Assembly (NCBI GenBank): GCA_000320545.1
Contig: ADNK01000140.1
Coordinates: 124,001 to 188,000, forward strand
From: Bigelowiella natans CCMP2755
Taxonomy: Eukaryota; Protista; Cercozoa
DNA length: 64,000 nucleotides
Reading direction: 5' to 3'
Below the pieces are notes generated by a model. The model was not told where the DNA came from, ran no database searches, and saw only the letters and a program-made list of their open reading frames with translations. This document shows, piece after piece, positions 51,975-64,000 of the stretch. Numbering within the stretch: position 1 is the stretch's first letter; the number at the start of each line of letters is the position of its first letter. Position numbers and translations under genes: made by a program.

Positions 51975-53015
51975 TCATTTTTCGTCTCGTTGTCCTGCTT
52001 TTCTAACTTGCATCCAGTAGTAATCCACCGTCGGCTGAGACTCCTTCACCATACACGATCGAAACCTTCTTATGATGGATGGTAAGGTTAACCCAAGCGC
52101 AGCAACGGCACCCAGCTGCACGGAAGTTGAGGTGTTGACAATTTTCACCGATGAGAGATCTTGTAATATAATTCCTGCCCTGACTGCTAGGTAGTTGTAT
52201 GGAAGGAGCCCGATGATTAAGGACGGAATGAAGACAATAAGAGGTATTTCAAGGGTCGCTAAAGCGACATTCAAAAACCAGTTAGGCGTGAATGGAAATA
52301 TTCTTAGCGATGTCATATATATTATCAAATTAATGGTTGTAATCCCAGCGGTACGGGTCTGTACTAACAGCTTAAAACTTTCCATACGATCGTTCATATA
52401 CCGCTTCACTAATCGCCTCCCTACAGAACGCGAGATTAAGTACAAAAATATCGATCCCATCGTGTTGTAAAACATAGTAGCAGCGAGTCCCATCTTCATT
52501 CCGAAATTATTTCCAGCCAACATGTTCAAAATAGTTGCACCTGGGATCATAAAGGTTTGGATCCATGTACCCAGTAGGATCTGCACTGTGAGAGTCCGGA
52601 CAATATGTTGGTGTGAGTAGTTTGATAGCGTTTTGGCCAATTTCTGAATCTCCTCCAGGGTAAAAATTTTCCTTGAGAGATGGGATTTTAGCCCAGGAAT
52701 CGCAAATAGCATTCCAAGCAAATTTAGAGATACTACAGCTCCGCTAATAATCAATATTATTGCAACGTGTATGAGGTCCCTCCTAAGCTCAAGATCATCG
52801 TCACGATTCTTCTCCAACTCATACTTTTTTCCCAGTTCATCATCCTGATCGCTGCTGACGACATTACTGGCTCCTTCTTCAATATTTTCCAGAGTTATTG
52901 GCTTCAGAGCGCTTGTCGATGGTTTTCTTGAGAGAATTGGGATCTCGACCTCTATGTCGCTGTCACCCTCCTCCATTTTGAGTGAACAGTGCTTATCAAC
53001 GAGATGGACGCTCAC
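51975..53015 (-). CDS. TMEM41: TMEM41/VTT (SNARE-associated Golgi, DedA superfamily) membrane protein, intronless; true start probably MEEGDS at 52976
   Basis: QTFMIPGATILNMLAG..FG, GSIFLYLISR, LRIFPFTPNWFLN, IGLLPYNYLAVRAG. Confidence 0.9.
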   Translation of the reverse strand: MSVHLVDKHCSLKMEEGDSDIEVEIPILSRKPSTSALKPITLENIEEGASNVVSSDQDDELGKKYELEKNRDDDLELRRDLIHVAIILIISGAVVSLNLLGMLFAIPGLKSHLSRKIFTLEEIQKLAKTLSNYSHQHIVRTLTVQILLGTWIQTFMIPGATILNMLAGNNFGMKMGLAATMFYNTMGSIFLYLISRSVGRRLVKRYMNDRMESFKLLVQTRTAGITTINLIIYMTSLRIFPFTPNWFLNVALATLEIPLIVFIPSLIIGLLPYNYLAVRAGIILQDLSSVKIVNTSTSVQLGAVAALGLTLPSIIRRFRSCMVKESQPTVDYYWMQVRKAGQRDEK

Positions 53016-53813
53016 TTAGAGGCTGCTACCACATTTCCCGGGTGGGGGCGTCAATTGGTTGCAACTGAGGTGCGTCTCCAGAATTGAGCTGATCCAAGCG
53101 GCCCTGAGATGATGTCTGCCCCTTACAGGCAGCTGCGTCGCATGCACGTTGATCCTGCTGTCGAGAATAACAGCAGAGAACAACTAAATAACACCAAAAT
53201 AAGGAGAAAACCACTTCAAAACTCACCTCCAAATCGTTGGCAATTTCCCCGTTATCATCATCAGTTGATATCTAGGCATGTCGTAGGTAATAAATAGAGC
53301 CTTTCTTCGGTGAAAGGCTGCATGGGCGCTGCCGAATTTTTAAAATTGGAAAGTTAACCCTATCTGTTACCGACTTTTTCTTTTCCGTGACATATTATTG
53401 CGAAAAGCTACTCGAAGATGTCTCTTTTTGGCGCGCGGGAAAATAGCGCTTGGTCTGTGAAGTGTTTTAGTAAACAGTGTTGTCTTTACTTCAAATTGCC
53501 CCGCGTTTAGCCTCATGGACTCGGAGTTCCTGTGGAAGGAGACAGGATTCAGAGGTACAGTCACTTGCATCTTTGTTAGGTCGAAGCAAGATGTCAGGCA
53601 TTTTTAAACATATACTTACGTTGTAATAGGTCGTAGAAGTAAATATCATTGATTTTTGTAATATGCTAGGCTTTTCCCCCCATTTCCGTACGCTCACCAG
53701 CGTTATTGGCACCCTTCCGCGCGAATTCGTCCTCCCCAGCTGACCCGTCCCCCCAAACCTCCCCTTCCCCTCTTCGACAACCTTGACGCCCTCCGGTATT
53801 TAGTAGAGGGTAA

Positions 53814-55275
53814 ATGTCGAGTCGTAAAAAGAATAAACGCGCAGCTCCGAAAAGCACATTGTCCGATGAGCTGCAGACATGCATGGAGATAGTGCGTTCA
53901 ATCTCTGGACGGCAAGATGCCGAACCCTTCCGAGTCCCTGTAGATTGGAAGGTATGTATCATCCTTATTGAAACCTCTCGTTTCATGAACATGAACGGGA
54001 GAGTTCGATAATTTGTAGAGGGTCTTCGAGACAGCAGCACTCAATAAGACGTGTTCGCTCATCTTCCGGCACCGAACGCAGCATGATAAAGATTTACCCC
54101 CTCGTAGATTCAATTTCCATTAAATGAGAGATTTTGATTTCGAATACGAAAATAGCTTTCAATAAAAAAATGCGTTTCTATTCCGAATGGGACAGAGATG
54201 AGATTTGAATAAGGTGAAGCGAGGTGACACACTTTCCCGCGCATTTCCGAATATGTTCGGTGCTCCATTCCTTCGAAATGTTGCTCCACTTTTTGGATAT
54301 AGTCGATATGGAAATCAGTGGTTTATATTTTCTTAGTATAGGAGCAGTTCGCCTCAACGTCTATAGACTCCCCATCTTACATTAGATCCACCACTTAATA
54401 TCCAAATATATATTTGTCAGCGTCTTCAGATTCCGGATTACCCAAACATTATCAAGAAGCCTATGGACCTTGGCACGATTACGGTGTCTACTAGCTCTTG
54501 TATTGTGTCTCCAAAATAGATGCATATTTGTCACTTTTAAGCAAACGTTTTGATCTAGTGCTACCACACACAAAGCATATTCTTTGTATCGGCGAGATTC
54601 TCACTCCTTCTTTTCTAATCTTAACCCTCTCTTCCCCCTTTCCCCCCATCAGTCAAAATTAGAGAGAAATCTATACATGTCTGCTGATGATTTCGCGGAG
54701 GATGTCCGGCTGGTCTGGGATAATGCCAAAACGTACAACATGCAAGGCTCCCCCATTTACAAGACTGCCGTCAAATTGGGTAACGCTTTCGAAAAAAAGT
54801 TTGGGAAACTCAGGAAAAAACCTGCGAAAAGGTACAGCATACAAATAACAAAAGATTTATCTAAATAATCAATGAGAGCTTGAGACGTTATACCATCTCT
54901 TTGGAAAGATTCTCAGCCCTAAGATTTTATTTCCTTGGTTTCGAAGGAAAAGGACGGAAGTTAGAGAAGCACAGCGAAGCGATCGTGTTAAATTTAGCAA
55001 CCAAGTTAACAAGCTGTCGAGCGAAGAGCTTGGTCACATCGTGGATATTATTGAAAGTCGATGCCCGAATGCATTGAATGAGGTAACTTGATTCCGCGAA
55101 AAATCTAGAAAGAATAGCGGGGAGAGCAAGGTGTTTATAGATGATGCAGAGGTACAAAAGGATTCATCACACCGATAATCTTCGACTTGTGGTACAGCCA
55201 CCTTTCTGCCATAATGCGAGAATATCAATGTTGCAACGCATTTTTCTGAGGCGAATCTCGACATCCCTTTGAAAT

Positions 55276-55320
<45 letters not shown>

Positions 55321-55426
55321 GGATCAATCGGAGATAGAAATTGAGATAAATAATATCGACTCCAAGGTGCTTTTAGAGCTGAACCAGTACGCTGAGCAGT
55401 GTATTAACAAAAGCAAAGCGAAATAA
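53814..55426 (+). CDS. Single-bromodomain plus extra-terminal (ET/NET) protein, GTE/BET-like, multi-exon
   Basis: AEPFRVPVDWK|..PDYPNIIKKPMDLGTI|..FAEDVRLVWDNAKTYN..SPIY. ET domain VNKLSSEELGHIVDII...EIEIEINNIDSKVLLEL. TAA at 55424-55426. Confidence 0.93.
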
Positions 55427-55714
55427 ACGGAATGGGCATAAGCAATCACTTCTGGATACTTAATGAATACTTTTTATCTTCCTACTTCGTTTTCGAATCC
55501 GGATCTGCCTCCAGCACTGATGAGCATCAGTTGAGTTCTTGGCATTATGTAAATGACTCTAGTATTCTCTGATTCGATATATCTGAGTTACAGGGTACTC
55601 AAGAAGCACAATATTCAAATGAAGTACTAGCTAGCTAGGCTAGTAGTAGGCAAAAGCAAGCACACATAGCTACGAGAGGTGCTATCTAGATGTTTTTGGG
55701 CGGCTGCATGGCTG

Positions 55715-55753
55715 TGTAGATCTGCTGCCTATGTATGTAGATCTGCTGCCTAC
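55715..55753. repeat. Short tandem duplication tgtagatctgctgccta x2 (21 nt period)
   Basis: Visible directly. Confidence 0.8.
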
Positions 55754-56224
55754 GAGTAGGTAGAGGCATACATGCTTTGTTTAGACTAATGAATACACAT
55801 CTAGACATCGCGTCGCCATAGCATGTCTGCTATGCGCTAGCTGGCACGTGGTGGCGGCAGCATGTGCATGCGTACACAAGAACGTCTCTGCCACACGAGC
55901 GCTATATGCTAGCTACCACACCAGCGATTGGGATCGACTGCGACAAACGATCATGACAGCACAGCCTAATTCTAAATGCTGTACTTGCCAAGTATAATAT
56001 GTATAAAAATAATACGGTGATGATGCTATGCTGCGATAGCTGCGCGCTAATAATGATCGTGAGCTACCATGCAACATTGCCGATGGTCGCTCCTGAATGC
56101 TCGAGATATCATGCACTAGATCACTTGCAATGATGTATCGTAATGACTTTGATGCTGTGTTCTGGTGAATGCTTGTGTGCACTTCTATGACAGTAGATCA
56201 CGCGTAAGTAAATTTAATATACCG

Positions 56225-57265
56225 TTATTCGTCCCAATCTGGAGCCTGTAGAAGTACGTCATCTTCTGGTCCAGACTTCTTTTTGGGTTCAATGGGTGTA
56301 CCGTCATCGTTCAAACCCTTCATTCTGTTCTTCAAAACTTCTACATTCTTCTTCCTCGTCATCTCTATCGCCCATTCTGGGGCTTTGTAGTTGGAAAGGT
56401 CCACTGGTCCCGGCGGTCCTTCGAACAAATCGTAGACTATACCTCGCTCGTAGTCAACACGCATATACTTCTCTCCTTCGATTGACTTTAGAAGCGGTCT
56501 TACTCTTTGTTCTAGCGAGTCCTTCGCAGCTATTTGAGCCATGTGCTTGACCTCAAAAGCTCCCGCAAGTTTGCTGTCATTCAGTCCAGGGTGCCGCCGC
56601 TTCGCCCAGCCGTTAAACTCTGGGTCCCAATATACATCGCCCAACGCGAGCTTGCCTTCCGGTGTGAAGAAAGGTTCCTCAGCTTTCATGCGTGCGTGCC
56701 AGAATCGTTCCGCCTCTCTCTGTGCATCCTGTGGCGTGTCGATGTATTTCTTAGACTCCATGAGCACCAACTCGTCGCTCAGCTCTGCAGTATCGGGAGA
56801 CGCGACAGAAAACGGCGAGTCCCATCGAGACTCACGAGGAGAGAAGAGTTTGACTGCCTCCATAAGAGGCTCCTTGTAGCCGACTAGAGGCTCTTCCGGG
56901 TCGGGGTTCACCTGATCCGGAGAGAAACCCTCAGGCCATTCACCTGTTCTCTCATAATGTCCGATGGCGTTTTCCCACGATTTCTGGCGACACAGATATT
57001 AGAGGGGGGGGAGGAGGAGAAGTAGGAGGAAATAGAGTCGTTTATCCAAAATTATGAATGAATGCGGATAGCAGATAAAGTGCAACAATAGCTTGTATAT
57101 GGAGCGAGCACTACTGCTATTCCATTCAAATACCGTAATTGTCACAATACGCATCGAGAGTGGTGTGGTGTTAATACCGTGGCAGTATCATAGAATTCCT
57201 TCATTTTCTCCAACTTTGTCACCTCCCACTTCTTTAGGTGCTCCTCGTACTAAGTTCAACAATAA

Positions 57266-57345
<80 letters not shown>

Positions 57346-60300
57346 TGAATTAATAAAGACGAGTTATCTCTATATTTCGTCATTCTCAATAATCACTAAC
57401 GCCACGTTGGCGAATGAGCCTCAAGGCCAACTACTAAATAATCTCGCCCCCATCACCAACCACCAATACTATGATATCAGTCAAAGAAGAAGAAGTAGTG
57501 GCACCCTCTCGTCCTCTAGTCTTTCGCGCTCCACGGTAATCTCCTTGGCATGTTGGGCGAGGTCAGGATCAACCGTTTCTAGAAGTGCATATGCGGAAGC
57601 TGGGTGCTGTGTGGAGGACAACGATTCGTCGAAGGGCTTGAAAAGCTCTGCACCACCATCAGTGAAATCCTCGACCACTAAGTCGTTCAGAATCATCGAG
57701 AACCTTGCAGAGAAGAACAAGGGGGGAGGAGGGAGAGTGGGACAGAGAGTAGTTTAAGGACCAGTGACGGTTGTTATTGATAAAGCAAAGTCATGTTATT
57801 AAAAGAAAAAATGGATCGTCAAATCGCAATTATCCCTCTTCTTCTTCTTCTTCTTCATCTTTTTTTCTCCTAACTCCTTCATCCTGATCCAAATGATGGA
57901 AGCTAATTACTTTGATCTCACCACTACCAGTAGTAGTTTCTTCCTTCTCCTCCTCCTACTATTACTACTATCCCCCCCCCCCCCCCCCTCTCTCTCCCTC
58001 TCCTTCTCGGGTGTCATTGTTACCACATATCACTTTAATAATTGTTCAAGTAGCAAGTATCTCTTCTACCGTGTCGCTGTTTCGCCATGCCCCTCCGTGC
58101 TGCATGTACGGTGGAGCGCTCTACACAGGGAGAGGTTGGGATCACTAACGAGTGTCACGTAGCCAAGGAGCCCCTGCATCGCCGCCCATTCTGCCATGAC
58201 GAAGGGGTCTTGGTGTGACACGATGGCGACTTGGTCAAAGCTGGCATGAAGCGCTGGGAGAGCATCGCGCAGCTAAGAAGAATACGGATAGGGTCAATCA
58301 ACAACATTGCTGCTGCTACTACTACTACTAGTAGTAGTAGTGCTACCTCTGGGCCCCATCTATTCATTGTATCTGGTTCGAAGAGAGACGTGAAGCTGAA
58401 TACGGCGACTTTATCCCCTCCAAACTGGCTTCCGGTGTCAGATACTAAAATCCCATCTTCTCCTTCTTCTTCCGTTTTGTCCTCATCTGAATCTGCCGCT
58501 GCATCTTCTTCTCCTCCTGCCGAGGGTGTGCTTCCATGGAAACCACTGTAATCTCGTTTCTGAGGATTTTTATATTTATTAAGGGGGGGGGGGGGGAGAA
58601 GAACGGAGGGCATTTGAATCATGCAGATGTTGATGATCACTCTGCAACCAATATAATGTAGCGGAAACGATACAATTTTCCCATCAGCAACGACGATGAC
58701 GATTACTACGAGAAAGCCATGCGCACTGAGTCACTGACTAACTGACTGACTGACTCACCAAGTTTCCGTTTTCATCGGTTGCCTTTACGTAGGCCTCTTT
58801 CATGCTCTAAGAAAGTGTTGTTTTTTATTACCCAGCCGTCGGTAAAACAAAGGTCCAATCTTCGTGATCTACTTTCCTCTCTTCTCTCCTTCTGTCTCAC
58901 TAGTAATCATTACCAATGCCCACTGCATGCATCATATATAATTACACAATCTATGCACACATTGCTGCTTTCCTACACCACCACTTACCTCGATATCAAT
59001 GTTAGGCATGAGAATCTCGATTTCGGTGTCGAGCTTTGTATTAATTGGCTTCCATTCGAAGGTAGGTATGGGGGTGGGCATGGGAGTCGGGAGAGGGTAT
59101 GTTGGTGCGGGGGTAGGGGGGTCCAACGCCTCTTTCCAATCCTGCGCAAATTTCTGTGCCTTTACAAGCTTATCACGTGCCTCATCCAGCTTGGCGGTGA
59201 ATTCATCAACCTTACGCTCCTCACGCTCATCACCCTGCAAACCGAGCTCTTTCTCCACAGGAAGTGGATTGACCTTGTTAAATCCCTTCATTTTCCACTC
59301 CTCAGCGGTATTCCAATGTTCTGGGTCGAAGTACTCACGGATACCTTTTCTCACTCGAAGGTACCTCCGTCCATTCTCGTCTCTCCGCACCTTACGAGGA
59401 TCCACCCAAGAAGGCAATGTAGCATCTGAGTACCGTTCTGTCACGTTCTCCCACGGGAAATCAACCTGCGGCGATTGAGTGTCGAGGAAGTTGTCCTTGG
59501 CGACCTTAAGCGTAATGTTGGGATCTCTCCATTCGGCGTAGTACTTGGGGTTGATATTGATGATTTGATCAAGGGCCTGTCGCGCCCCATCGAGCTGCTT
59601 TTGGATCTTTGCGTTAGCCTCCTCTTTATACGCGCTGACATTCTTAAGGACATCAAAGTTCTCGTCGCCAAGGGCCTCGAGAATCAGATCCGCCACTGCA
59701 AAATAGAGGAGATAGATAGATGATGATAATATAGACGACGATGACGACCGGTGGACAGCAGAGTTCATCATAAACCCGTGAGAGAGTGAAAGAAAGAAAG
59801 AAAGGATGAAAACGGTAAAGACCACGGCTACAATCATGCATGACGGATGCACAGTTACTACTACTACTACTGCTTAGTCTTTTTTTCTTCTCTTACTTTG
59901 GTTCTCCGCATTCTTGTCCTTTTCGGGCATCTTTTCATTGTATTTAATGAGTTCTTTTGACATGAAAGCTTCCTTCGAGTACTTCAGTCGGTCTTCGATT
60001 CGGTTCTCCAAGAAGTCTATCCCTTCAAACCAGGCAGGATTTCGCCCTCCCCATTCCCACCAATTTTGGGTGTAATGGTGACCTAGTATTTTCCCAATAA
60101 CGTCGTGCTCCCATAGCAAAGGCTACAGACAAAAGAAGAGGAATGAGACCGTGATTGAAAGAAGGATCAAAGTAATAAGATTCAACTTAGGGGCGGTCTT
60201 CTCTCGATGTCATCATCAGGCAACAATCTCATCATCGTCGTCATTGTCATAACTTCAATGGTTCATTCTTCCTAATATGGCAATGGATGTCTTTTCCCTC

Positions 60301-61302
60301 CTCCTTCAACTGCTACTGCTACTGCTACTGCTACTGCTACTGCTACTGTACCATCGGGAACTTGGAGTTCTCTATTTCGTTGAATAGTGTTTGAGAATCA
60401 TTCATTGGAAGGGATTCAAAATACTGCACCACTTCTGGAAGGGTGAGATACGTGTCGATCATTTCTGTGGTCTCAGGATCCCATCCTTCCCGTCCAGGTT
60501 TCTATCATCATTGTGAGTGCTATTGATTAGCGCCACATAAAAAGGCCGATGCCGTAGCTAGATATTCGAATATTTGTTTCGAGTGGTGTGTCGATTTCAT
60601 CAACTATTACCACTTCATCATCGTCTTTAGTTGGCTTGAAGACGGAGTTGCGTATTTTGTAAGATCCACCCTGGAAATTAGTCACATATCAAAGGCAGCT
60701 TATCTCCCAAGAATCTCACAATGGGAATTTTGATTTTTATCCCAAGTCAATACATTGTTACAAAAAATTGTTTTGCTTAGTTTTTAATATTTTAACGAGA
60801 ATCATATGTCCGTAATTTTATCGTGGTTTTAGATACTACCGGCCCAAATGGAGTGTCCACAATATCTTCCTCTTCGTCGTCATACAGGGGGTCAAGTTGA
60901 TCTGATCTCACATTTGTCTTTAGAGTTTTATGCTGCTGTTGCCTTGATACTCTTCGAATCCTATATTCAAAGAAAATGTTCGTCCAAGAAAATTACTATT
61001 TCTGTAGTACAATAGATTATGTAAAATTGACAGCAAACCTTGGTATTCTAGCTGGAACCATGTTACTGATTTGAGATCCCACAGAGGAGGCCTGTGTCCT
61101 TGTTCTCGATCCAGGCTCTATCCCTAATGTTAAATAAAGCATGTTTGAAATTTTCACCCAAGTCGAATACGTATGCATGATTACCCCTGGCCATGAAGGT
61201 ATCCTTCCTCAGGGTTGCTGGAAGTAGCATTGCCATCAACACACCAGCAATGGTAAGGGTGCAGGCGGTCGTCGCATAGTGTGTCTTCCTCTTAGTGCCC
61301 AT
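56225..61302 (-). CDS. Large acidic hypothetical protein with an N-terminal signal/TM segment and a PT-rich linker, multi-exon
   Basis: Coding-like ORFs 56225-56911, 57481-57720, 58155-58560, 58990-59690, 59874-60119 and further exons to ATG 61302 (MGTKRK...IAGVLMAMLLP). Contains PTPAPTYPLPTPMPTPIPT. No family recognised. Confidence 0.65.
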
Positions 61303-62148
61303 GACTGATGATGGTAACAGCGATTCTGATGAAGAAGATGCTCTTGCCCTGAAGCATCCTCTCATCGTGAAGACTGAAAATCACAACACAAAACATCATC
61401 AACAACACGCGGTAATATTGATACGTGTACCGGAAACAAAAATTCTACATATTCAAGGTTATTTCGATGTAATCAATGAGATTACGACGATCAGTACTTT
61501 TAGGCCTAGAACGACCTTCGACGATGGGCACTAGAAGGGGAGCAATGCAACGGGGGGGATAGGGTACTCCAAATCTAAGACTTTGTGAGAAAACAGGCTT
61601 CCCAAAAAGTAATTTGGTTTGATTTATGCTATACGTCATACGCCAAATGGTGTCGTCTTCCTTTTTTGCAAGGAGTTCCATGTCATCAAAAGCCCTTTTT
61701 CACGGACACAGATTTCGCCGAGAAGAAGCCAGCGGAGAAATGGGAATTTGTCATTGTCGTTGTCAAAAAACATCAGGCATCTTGATGGAATTTCTCTGTT
61801 GGACAAGCAATTCCCTCGATAGCACGTGTCTGGTAAGCTCTAACCGGCGAAACATCTACGACAAAGATGTGAGTGAAACGTAGATTTTGAAAGTTTGTTT
61901 TCTGTAGTTCATTCCCCGTTGTCGGTGGTGTCGTAGCAGTCGTCGAACTGCGGAACCTAAAAGACAAAAAAAGATGAGAAGAAGAAACGGGGAGGAGGGC
62001 TGACGCGAACAACTAGAGCGCTGGAAAGCTTCTCGATATCTCTGTTCATCGTCTTCCCGCATGGCGTGGGGCAAGATATTTTAGTTTTATACAAATTTCG
62101 TGGATCCCCTTTATCATTGTTCCCCCTTTCCCCCCGTCCCCGTGCTAA

Positions 62149-64000
62149 ATGTCAACAAGGGATCCATTCGGACATGGCGAACTCTTGGATCAGATCAGGG
62201 AAAAACGGATGAAAAGTCTATCCTCTCTTTACAACTTCTCTGATGGAAGTAACTTGGAATCGACCATGGCTGTAATGCCTGGTAAAAGGCAGATGGGCCG
62301 CCACCGGACAAACATAGCGGAGGGGGACATGCTTCATACATCTGCCAACGAGCTAGATTCTACTACTACCAACACCTCAACAACTCGTATCGCTAGCTTC
62401 CAAACCCCTTTGCCCACAGCCCGCGACTTCGAAGTCAATGATTTTGTTATTGTTCCTGATAAGAGCCACAATCGGGACAATTGGGGCAAATATTTCGTGG
62501 CTACGAAGTGGTATCGCAATTCTTCGGTGCGTCGAGAAGCGTTGCGATTAAAGCGAGAGAAGCAGAGACGAGAAATGATTTGCGCTCATGGGGATAGAAT
62601 AGCAGTTGTAGCAAGAAATGCGGCAAGAAATTGCGCGAAAGCACCCACTTCTAGTGTTATTAGAGCGTATCTCCATCGAATTAGTCCCTCTGCATCCTCC
62701 CACTCCTCCTCCTTCTCCTCATCCTCTTTATCCTCGTCCTCCTCCTACCATTTGAAGAATTGTATGTCTCCAACACGTCCGTGCAGCAGTTGGCATAAAT
62801 CTGTTGCATCATTAGTTCCTTCTCCTTCTCAAAGTTATCCTATGAAGGCGAATGATAGAAAGATATCAAACAAAGTCCTTTTTACCAACGCTGGTAAGCT
62901 CTGCATTGGGGAACCTGCTGTTTCTCACCGAAAATATACTGCCAGGCATCGTAGACCTGTATCTATGTCATCTGTTCGGTCAAAAGAGGTGCAGCAGCAG
63001 CAGCAGCAGCAGCATCGCTGTCCCGATAACAGCAATGAACCACTGCAAGGTTTCGCAGTCAAATCGACGATGAAATATTCGTCAAAGTCACCTATGTTGA
63101 GGGGAAGAATTGGTCATTATCAGACCGTGCCGATATCTAAACCGCTATCTCTACGCAGATTCCAACAAAGGAGAAGAAAACCAAGAGCATATTTAAAACA
63201 CGGTCGTGCGTCTCCTCCGGTGCCTAAGACACCGTCTGATTCGAGCCAAATAGATAAAGTGTCCGGCACTAGGCATTACCCATCTCTTTCGAGGGTCTCA
63301 TCTCTACACAAGACACCTCGATCAGATGATATGTACTCTCTGTTTCCCAGATGCAGCTCGAAGGGGAGCTCCTCAACCTTTCTTCCTATTACAGCACATT
63401 CCTTCTACATTGAAGATGGCAGACCGGAAGAAGGATCACCTGCTGCTGCTGCTGCTGCTGATGGTGGTGGTGGTGGCGAGAGCTCAATGCAGCAGGGTCC
63501 TGTAGACTGGTCGAAGCCGAGAGCCCTTGTCATGGGGAGGGGGAAAGGAGTTAGGGCGACGAAATTGCGCTCGATATTTCAAGGGTGTAGAATACAGAAG
63601 ATCGAGCCGTGCGACATAATCGGAGAGGGGTTTGCGTTCATTCTCACATTTTCTTCCCACACCTCGCTCGAAACAGCCTTAGACCGGGATGGAATTGTTT
63701 ATGATGGATGCCGTATCTCGGTTATAGATGATGCCATGATGCACCAGCCCGGCACAAGAGTCAGCCTAGAAGAGCTCGAAATGAAGGTCATGCAGCACAT
63801 TCATGAGCGGCAGCAAGATCAGCGAAGAGTTGAGACCCCCAACTCTGTGCAATCAAATAGCAGGGGAGGCAACAGAACCAGACTTGGCACGAATCATGTA
63901 AAAGTAGTCATACCGGGCGGCTTGCATCCTCGCACAACTTCTACAACAACAACAACTACTACTACTACTACTATGCCAAAATTAGATGTCTCAATACCCA
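62149..64000 (+). CDS. Long low-complexity protein with an RRM-like domain, truncated by the window end
   Basis: Open frame from ATG 62149 (MSTRDPFG...) to the window end with no stop found, which explains its absence from the ORF track. ~63520-63730 reads ALVMGRGKGVRATKLRSIFQGCRIQKIE...GFAFILTFSSHTSLETALDRDGIVYDGCRISV, with an RNP1-like GFAF motif. Confidence 0.7.
   Translation, partial: MSTRDPFGHGELLDQIREKRMKSLSSLYNFSDGSNLESTMAVMPGKRQMGRHRTNIAEGDMLHTSANELDSTTTNTSTTRIASFQTPLPTARDFEVNDFVIVPDKSHNRDNWGKYFVATKWYRNSSVRREALRLKREKQRREMICAHGDRIAVVARNAARNCAKAPTSSVIRAYLHRISPSASSHSSSFSSSSLSSSSSYHLKNCMSPTRPCSSWHKSVASLVPSPSQSYPMKANDRKISNKVLFTNAGKLCIGEPAVSHRKYTARHRRPVSMSSVRSKEVQQQQQQQHRCPDNSNEPLQGFAVKSTMKYSSKSPMLRGRIGHYQTVPISKPLSLRRFQQRRRKPRAYLKHGRASPPVPKTPSDSSQIDKVSGTRHYPSLSRVSSLHKTPRSDDMYSLFPRCSSKGSSSTFLPITAHSFYIEDGRPEEGSPAAAAAADGGGGGESSMQQGPVDWSKPRALVMGRGKGVRATKLRSIFQGCRIQKIEPCDIIGEGFAFILTFSSHTSLETALDRDGIVYDGCRISVIDDAMMHQPGTRVSLEELEMKVMQHIHERQQDQRRVETPNSVQSNSRGGNRTRLGTNHVKVVIPGGLHPRTTSTTTTTTTTTTMPKLDVSIP

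Noticed and set aside
1-64000. tRNA, rRNA or snRNA genes
   Set aside because: None recognised by eye. tRNAscan-SE and Infernal/Rfam searches would be needed to exclude them.

Overview
Gene-dense, intron-rich eukaryotic (protist) nuclear DNA. Several genes have bipartite signal-plus-transit leaders, suggesting an alga with a complex plastid such as a chlorarachniophyte (inference only). About 21 spliced or intronless genes can be reconstructed by hand: a coiled-coil protein, kynureninase, a VIT-VWA (VWA5A-like) protein, a secreted Cys-domain protein, a SAM/zinc-finger protein, an EF-hand protein, an atypical peptide deformylase, two cyclophilins, a PAC/TMEM206-like two-TM channel, an aldehyde dehydrogenase, several putative plastid proteins, a signal-peptide PUR-repeat protein, TrmB, TMEM41, a bromodomain-ET protein and a 3'-truncated RRM-like protein. 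Three large-scale patterns stand out. (1) Genes alternate strand almost perfectly. (2) Every tail-to-tail spacer is rich in CATG/TGCA/CTAG palindromes. (3) At the single break in alternation lies a 2.1 kb gene relic with only 4 TpA dinucleotides, all inside CTAG, while CpG is intact. Together these suggest a region-targeted TpA->TpG/CpA mutagenesis (a mirror image of fungal RIP) that spares CTAG. A 413 bp MITE with a 3 bp TSD is also present. Exon boundaries were read by eye and family assignments rely on recalled motifs, not on searches.
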